NCBI GenBank assembly: GCA_963712115.1
Contig: CAVQGX010000042.1
Coordinates: 32,001-96,000 of the forward strand
Reading direction: 5' to 3'
Source: an uncultured delta proteobacterium
Lineage (GTDB): Bacteria > Desulfobacterota > Syntrophobacteria > BM002
DNA length: 64,000 nt
This document shows, one piece after another, positions 60,830 through 64,000 of this stretch. The notes below the pieces were generated by a model. The model was not told the origin of the DNA, searched no databases, and saw only the letters and a program-made list of their open reading frames with translations. The position numbers were made by a program, and so were the translations under genes. How positions within the stretch are numbered: the stretch's first letter is position 1; each line of letters opens with the position of its first letter.

Positions 60830-60906
60830 TGATGGGATAATGGAATATTGGAATGTAGGGCTGAATGGTTTTAGCATTTTCCATCCTTCCAGTATTCCAA
60901 CATTCA
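60830..60906. repeat. Inverted octamer arms (TGGAATRT / AYATTCCA)
   Basis: tgggataa tggaatat tggaatgt ... ccatccttccagtattccaacattca. Confidence 0.8.
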
Positions 60907-60946
60907 TGACTTTAAAGCTGCCCCAAGGTGGGGTTTTTGGCCAGGG

Positions 60947-60977
60947 AAAAAGTCGGCGGCGGGATGTTCCCGCCGCC
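60947..60977 (-). terminator. Hairpin after the TAXI receptor gene (terminator or mRNA-stabilising stem)
   Basis: GGCGGCGGGA-TGT-TCCCGCCGCC with a short U run on the minus strand. Confidence 0.65.
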
Positions 60978-60996
60978 TGTTTGAATGCTTGCTGGT

Positions 60997-61977
60997 TTAC
61001 ATCAAACCTGCCTCTTTGTAATACTTCATGGCACCTGGATGTATGGGTGCCGACATACCTTCGAGCATGTTCTGCTTAGTGAGGTCCTCGTAAGCTGGAT
61101 GCAGCTTCTTGAATTCCTCGAAGTTGTCGAAGACCTCTTTGGTGACGGCATAGACTATCTTATCATCCACCTTAGCCGAGGTGACGAAGGTGGCCTTCAC
61201 TCCGAAGGTCTGCACATCTTCTTTGTTGGTGGCACCTTCATAGAGCTTGATGGGAATGACAGCTTTGGCATAGTAAGGATACTTTGCCAGGAGCTTTTCT
61301 ACGCCGACGATCGGCACGAAGTGGACCTTTCTCCTGCCTGCAGTTGCCTCCTTGATTGCACCGCTGGGATGACCTACTGTGTAGAAGAACGCATCGATGC
61401 GGCCGTCTTGCAGCAATCCGGGGGCCTCAGCTGCCTTGACTCCCTCCGCGGTTAGATCTGTCTCGTAGTTGATCCCTGCATTTTCCAGGGCATCGATGGA
61501 GTTCTGCCGCTGGCCGGAGCCGGGGTTGCCGATGTTTACCCGTTTGCCCTTGAGATCCGCAAGCGTATTGATACCTGCATCATCCGCAGCCACCAGCGTT
61601 ATTGATTCAGGATGTATGGTGAACACGGCACGGAGGTCCTTTTGGGGACCTTTTTCCGCCCATTCCTCCAAGCCGTTGTAAGCCTGGTATTGACGGTCGG
61701 ACTGAACCACGCCGAATTCCAGGTCACCGGCCATAATCGCATTGACGTTAAAGACTGACCCGCCAGTGGATTCCACTGTGCAGCGGATCCCGTAAACCTT
61801 TCTTTTCTGGTTGACGATCCTGGCAATGGCACCGCCTGTTGGATAGTAAACCCCTGTGATACCACCGGTTCCAATGGTGACGAAGGTGGTCTTGGCAACA
61901 ACCGGAGTTGGATTCACCATCATGCCAAGGGCCAAGCAAATGGCCGCAATTATAGTGATTAATCCAATTCTTTTCAT
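60997..61977 (-). CDS. TAXI-family TRAP solute-binding protein
   Basis: Signal peptide, IGTGGITGVYYPTGG, STGGSVFN, VQSD, IGNPGSG, PIHPGA..YY. Confidence 0.94.
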   Translation of the reverse strand: MKRIGLITIIAAICLALGMMVNPTPVVAKTTFVTIGTGGITGVYYPTGGAIARIVNQKRKVYGIRCTVESTGGSVFNVNAIMAGDLEFGVVQSDRQYQAYNGLEEWAEKGPQKDLRAVFTIHPESITLVAADDAGINTLADLKGKRVNIGNPGSGQRQNSIDALENAGINYETDLTAEGVKAAEAPGLLQDGRIDAFFYTVGHPSGAIKEATAGRRKVHFVPIVGVEKLLAKYPYYAKAVIPIKLYEGATNKEDVQTFGVKATFVTSAKVDDKIVYAVTKEVFDNFEEFKKLHPAYEDLTKQNMLEGMSAPIHPGAMKYYKEAGLM

Positions 61978-62464
61978 AGATTTTCTCCTATCTCTTTAAG
62001 GTTGGACGAACAAAACACGATTCGGCCCACGAATTAGCTCTCTCACCTCCTTCCAACATGGCCTTAATCACAAAGCAAATTAGTGATTGATATTCTTGGA
62101 TTGGAATGGTTTCAAAGAACCCCCATTGGGGGGAGGTAGCGTTAAACGCTGCTTTATCTTACCCGCCTCATAGATGATGGTCAAGTACAAAGGGGGGCAT
62201 GACACTCGCACCATCCCTGTGAACTTATTTGAATAGTTGATAATACCCGAGCTTGAGAGGTCAGGAAATCTTTCACTCCTCATCCTTTAGCTCATCTACT
62301 CGTAGGACAACTTAGACAAAATTGCGGTCAATTTCATCAATGGGGCAAACTTTTCTCTGTGCTCTTTACCCTCCTTGTGGTTTAATCTTGGCAAGCGGCT
62401 AGCAGCCAGATCTTGATCATAGCCATTCATGTAGGAGCAATCTCCGCTTGCTATAAAGGGTGGT

Positions 62465-62720
62465 GGATTTCAGATTATAGATTTGCGAAGGCATAGGGCA
62501 TAGAGCATAGAGTAAAGCGAGACGGGATCAGAGGTCAGAGATCAGATGTCTGAGGTCAGGGGTAAAGCTGATATCTGATCTCCGACTTCTGACCTCTGTG
62601 ATGGACAACTTCAACGACTTAAACGATTTGAACGGCTTGAACGATTTGAACGACCCATAATCTATAACCCATTACCTTAACTTTAGGCACTTTAGTTCAC
62701 TTTAGGCATTTTAGACATTT
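62465..62720. repeat. Compound block: GCATAGA tract, inverted AGGTCAG/CTGACCT arms, 9-mer/7-mer/9-mer composite
   Basis: gcatagg gcataga gcataga; agaggtc agagatc ... tctgatc tccgact tctgacc; ttgaacgat-type x5, cccataa-type x3, tttaggcac-type x4. Confidence 0.9.
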
Positions 62721-62773
62721 GAGGGCGGGCTTTATGCCCACCAGTAAAACAAAACTCAGTCTAGGGGTATCTT

Positions 62774-63511
62774 ATGGCCGACGTAGTGGGAATCATTCCC
62801 GCACGTTACGACTCTAAGCGACTTCCCGGCAAGCCGCTGGTCCTGATCCATGACCGACCGATGATTCAACACGTTTACCAGCGTGCCTCCGAGGCAACCA
62901 CCCTTCAGCAACTGGTTGTTGCCACAGATGACCCCCGCATCCAAAAAGCAGTTGCTCAATTTGGCGGGGAGGTCCTCATGACCTCCGGTGAACACCTTAG
63001 TGGTACTGATCGAGTGGCAGAGGCAGCTCGACAATTAATGCTCAAAGATGATGCCATCGTGGTGAACATTCAAGGTGACGAACCTCTACTCAGGGCTGAA
63101 ATGATTGATAGCCTGGTGCAGAACCTCCAAGAGAATGGTGATGTTCCCATGGCCACTCTTGCCTATCCGGACACAGACAAAAATGATCTTGCCGACCCAG
63201 GAGTTGTCAAGGTTGTCCTCGACGCAAAGGGGCGAGCCCTGTACTTTTCCCGTTCTCCCATTCCTGCTGTCCGGGATAAGTCTTCACCCCCACCCTATTA
63301 CAAGCACCTGGGCTTTTACGGCTACCGCAATGGCTTTCTGCAGGAGTTCACCAGGCTCTCTCCCGGAGTCTTGGAAAAACTGGAAAAACTCGAGCAACTT
63401 CGCGCCCTGGAACATGGCTTTTCCATTTCGGTGGTAATTACCCCTTTTGACTCCATCTCCGTAGACACCCCTGAAGATCTCGCCCGGGTCCGAAAAATCA
63501 TCGAACAATAG
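62774..63511 (+). CDS. kdsB: 3-deoxy-manno-octulosonate cytidylyltransferase
   Basis: IIPARY.SKRLPGKPL, SGTDR, VNIQGDEP, ALYFSR, EKLEQLRALE. Confidence 0.96.
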   Translation: MADVVGIIPARYDSKRLPGKPLVLIHDRPMIQHVYQRASEATTLQQLVVATDDPRIQKAVAQFGGEVLMTSGEHLSGTDRVAEAARQLMLKDDAIVVNIQGDEPLLRAEMIDSLVQNLQENGDVPMATLAYPDTDKNDLADPGVVKVVLDAKGRALYFSRSPIPAVRDKSSPPPYYKHLGFYGYRNGFLQEFTRLSPGVLEKLEKLEQLRALEHGFSISVVITPFDSISVDTPEDLARVRKIIEQ

Positions 63512-63703
63512 TACGGCGGGACAAATCCTAATCTTCAAGATTTTTTCAGTATAACTGTCTAAAAAAGTGGCAAATTTAGCCCAACTGAAAAGATTTTTTG
63601 TCCAGCTAAAATGCTTGCCATAGTTCACCAAAACGATTATGTTGTTGGATTCGTAGGATCCGTTAGTCAGGTGCTTTGTAATGTCATGAGGTGACTGGTC
63701 ACC

Positions 63704-64000
63704 ATGGTTAGTTTCAACCAACCTAGGGTTACTTTGGTTTTGGAAGACGGCAGGACCTTTCACGGAAGGGCTTTCGCCGGCGAGGGAGAAACCCTTGGTG
63801 AAGTGGTTTTCAACACCTCCATGACGGGTTATCAGGAAGTACTGAGTGATCCCTCCTACGAAGGACAAATAGTGGCCATGACCTATCCTCTCATTGGCAA
63901 CTACGGTGTCAATGATGAAGACATGGAATCAGCAGCAATTCAGGTTGAGGGCTTTATTGTCCGCGAGTATATGCCTTATCCCAGTAACTGGCGAAGCCAA
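63704..64000 (+). CDS. carA: Carbamoyl-phosphate synthase small subunit, 5' part (runs off window; not in ORF track)
   Basis: My translation: [21 protein letters not shown]...[37 protein letters not shown]. Confidence 0.95.
   Translation, partial: MVSFNQPRVTLVLEDGRTFHGRAFAGEGETLGEVVFNTSMTGYQEVLSDPSYEGQIVAMTYPLIGNYGVNDEDMESAAIQVEGFIVREYMPYPSNWRSQ

Noticed and set aside
62389-62404. TGGCAAGCGGCTAGCA as a sigma-54 promoter for kdsB
   Set aside because: Poor -12 box (TAGC), about 370 nt from the ATG, no supporting enhancer seen

Overview
64 kb of bacterial chromosome whose gene content and style suggest Desulfobacterota (former Deltaproteobacteria); this is inferred, not tested. In order it carries: the 3' part of pilY1 and an FG-GAP surface protein; lpxC-DUF4390-ntrY-ntrX; a glucosylglycerate-type glycosyltransferase cluster; an 11-subunit nuoABCDHIJKLMN operon lacking nuoEFG, flanked by a flavin-less NuoF/HydB-like fragment and a divergent 1237-aa GltD-in-NuoG fusion; leuA with a leucine attenuator; a K+ channel; housekeeping genes (manC, queH, rfaE2, comF, icd, prmA, kdsB, carA); and a TAXI-TRAP locus. 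The ORF track misses several things: (1) about 25 intergenic loci built from 7-, 8- and 9-nt tandem repeats arranged as inverted, nested and stacked arms, some holding small hairpin insertions with short flanking direct repeats and some supplying stop or start codons; (2) a selenocysteine (in-frame TGA plus SECIS-like hairpin) CoA-disulfide reductase/NADH oxidase; (3) an unassigned ~176-nt structured RNA with its own promoter; (4) a Leu-rich leader peptide; (5) two +1 frameshifts. I found no rRNA, tRNA, CRISPR array, transposase or integrase.
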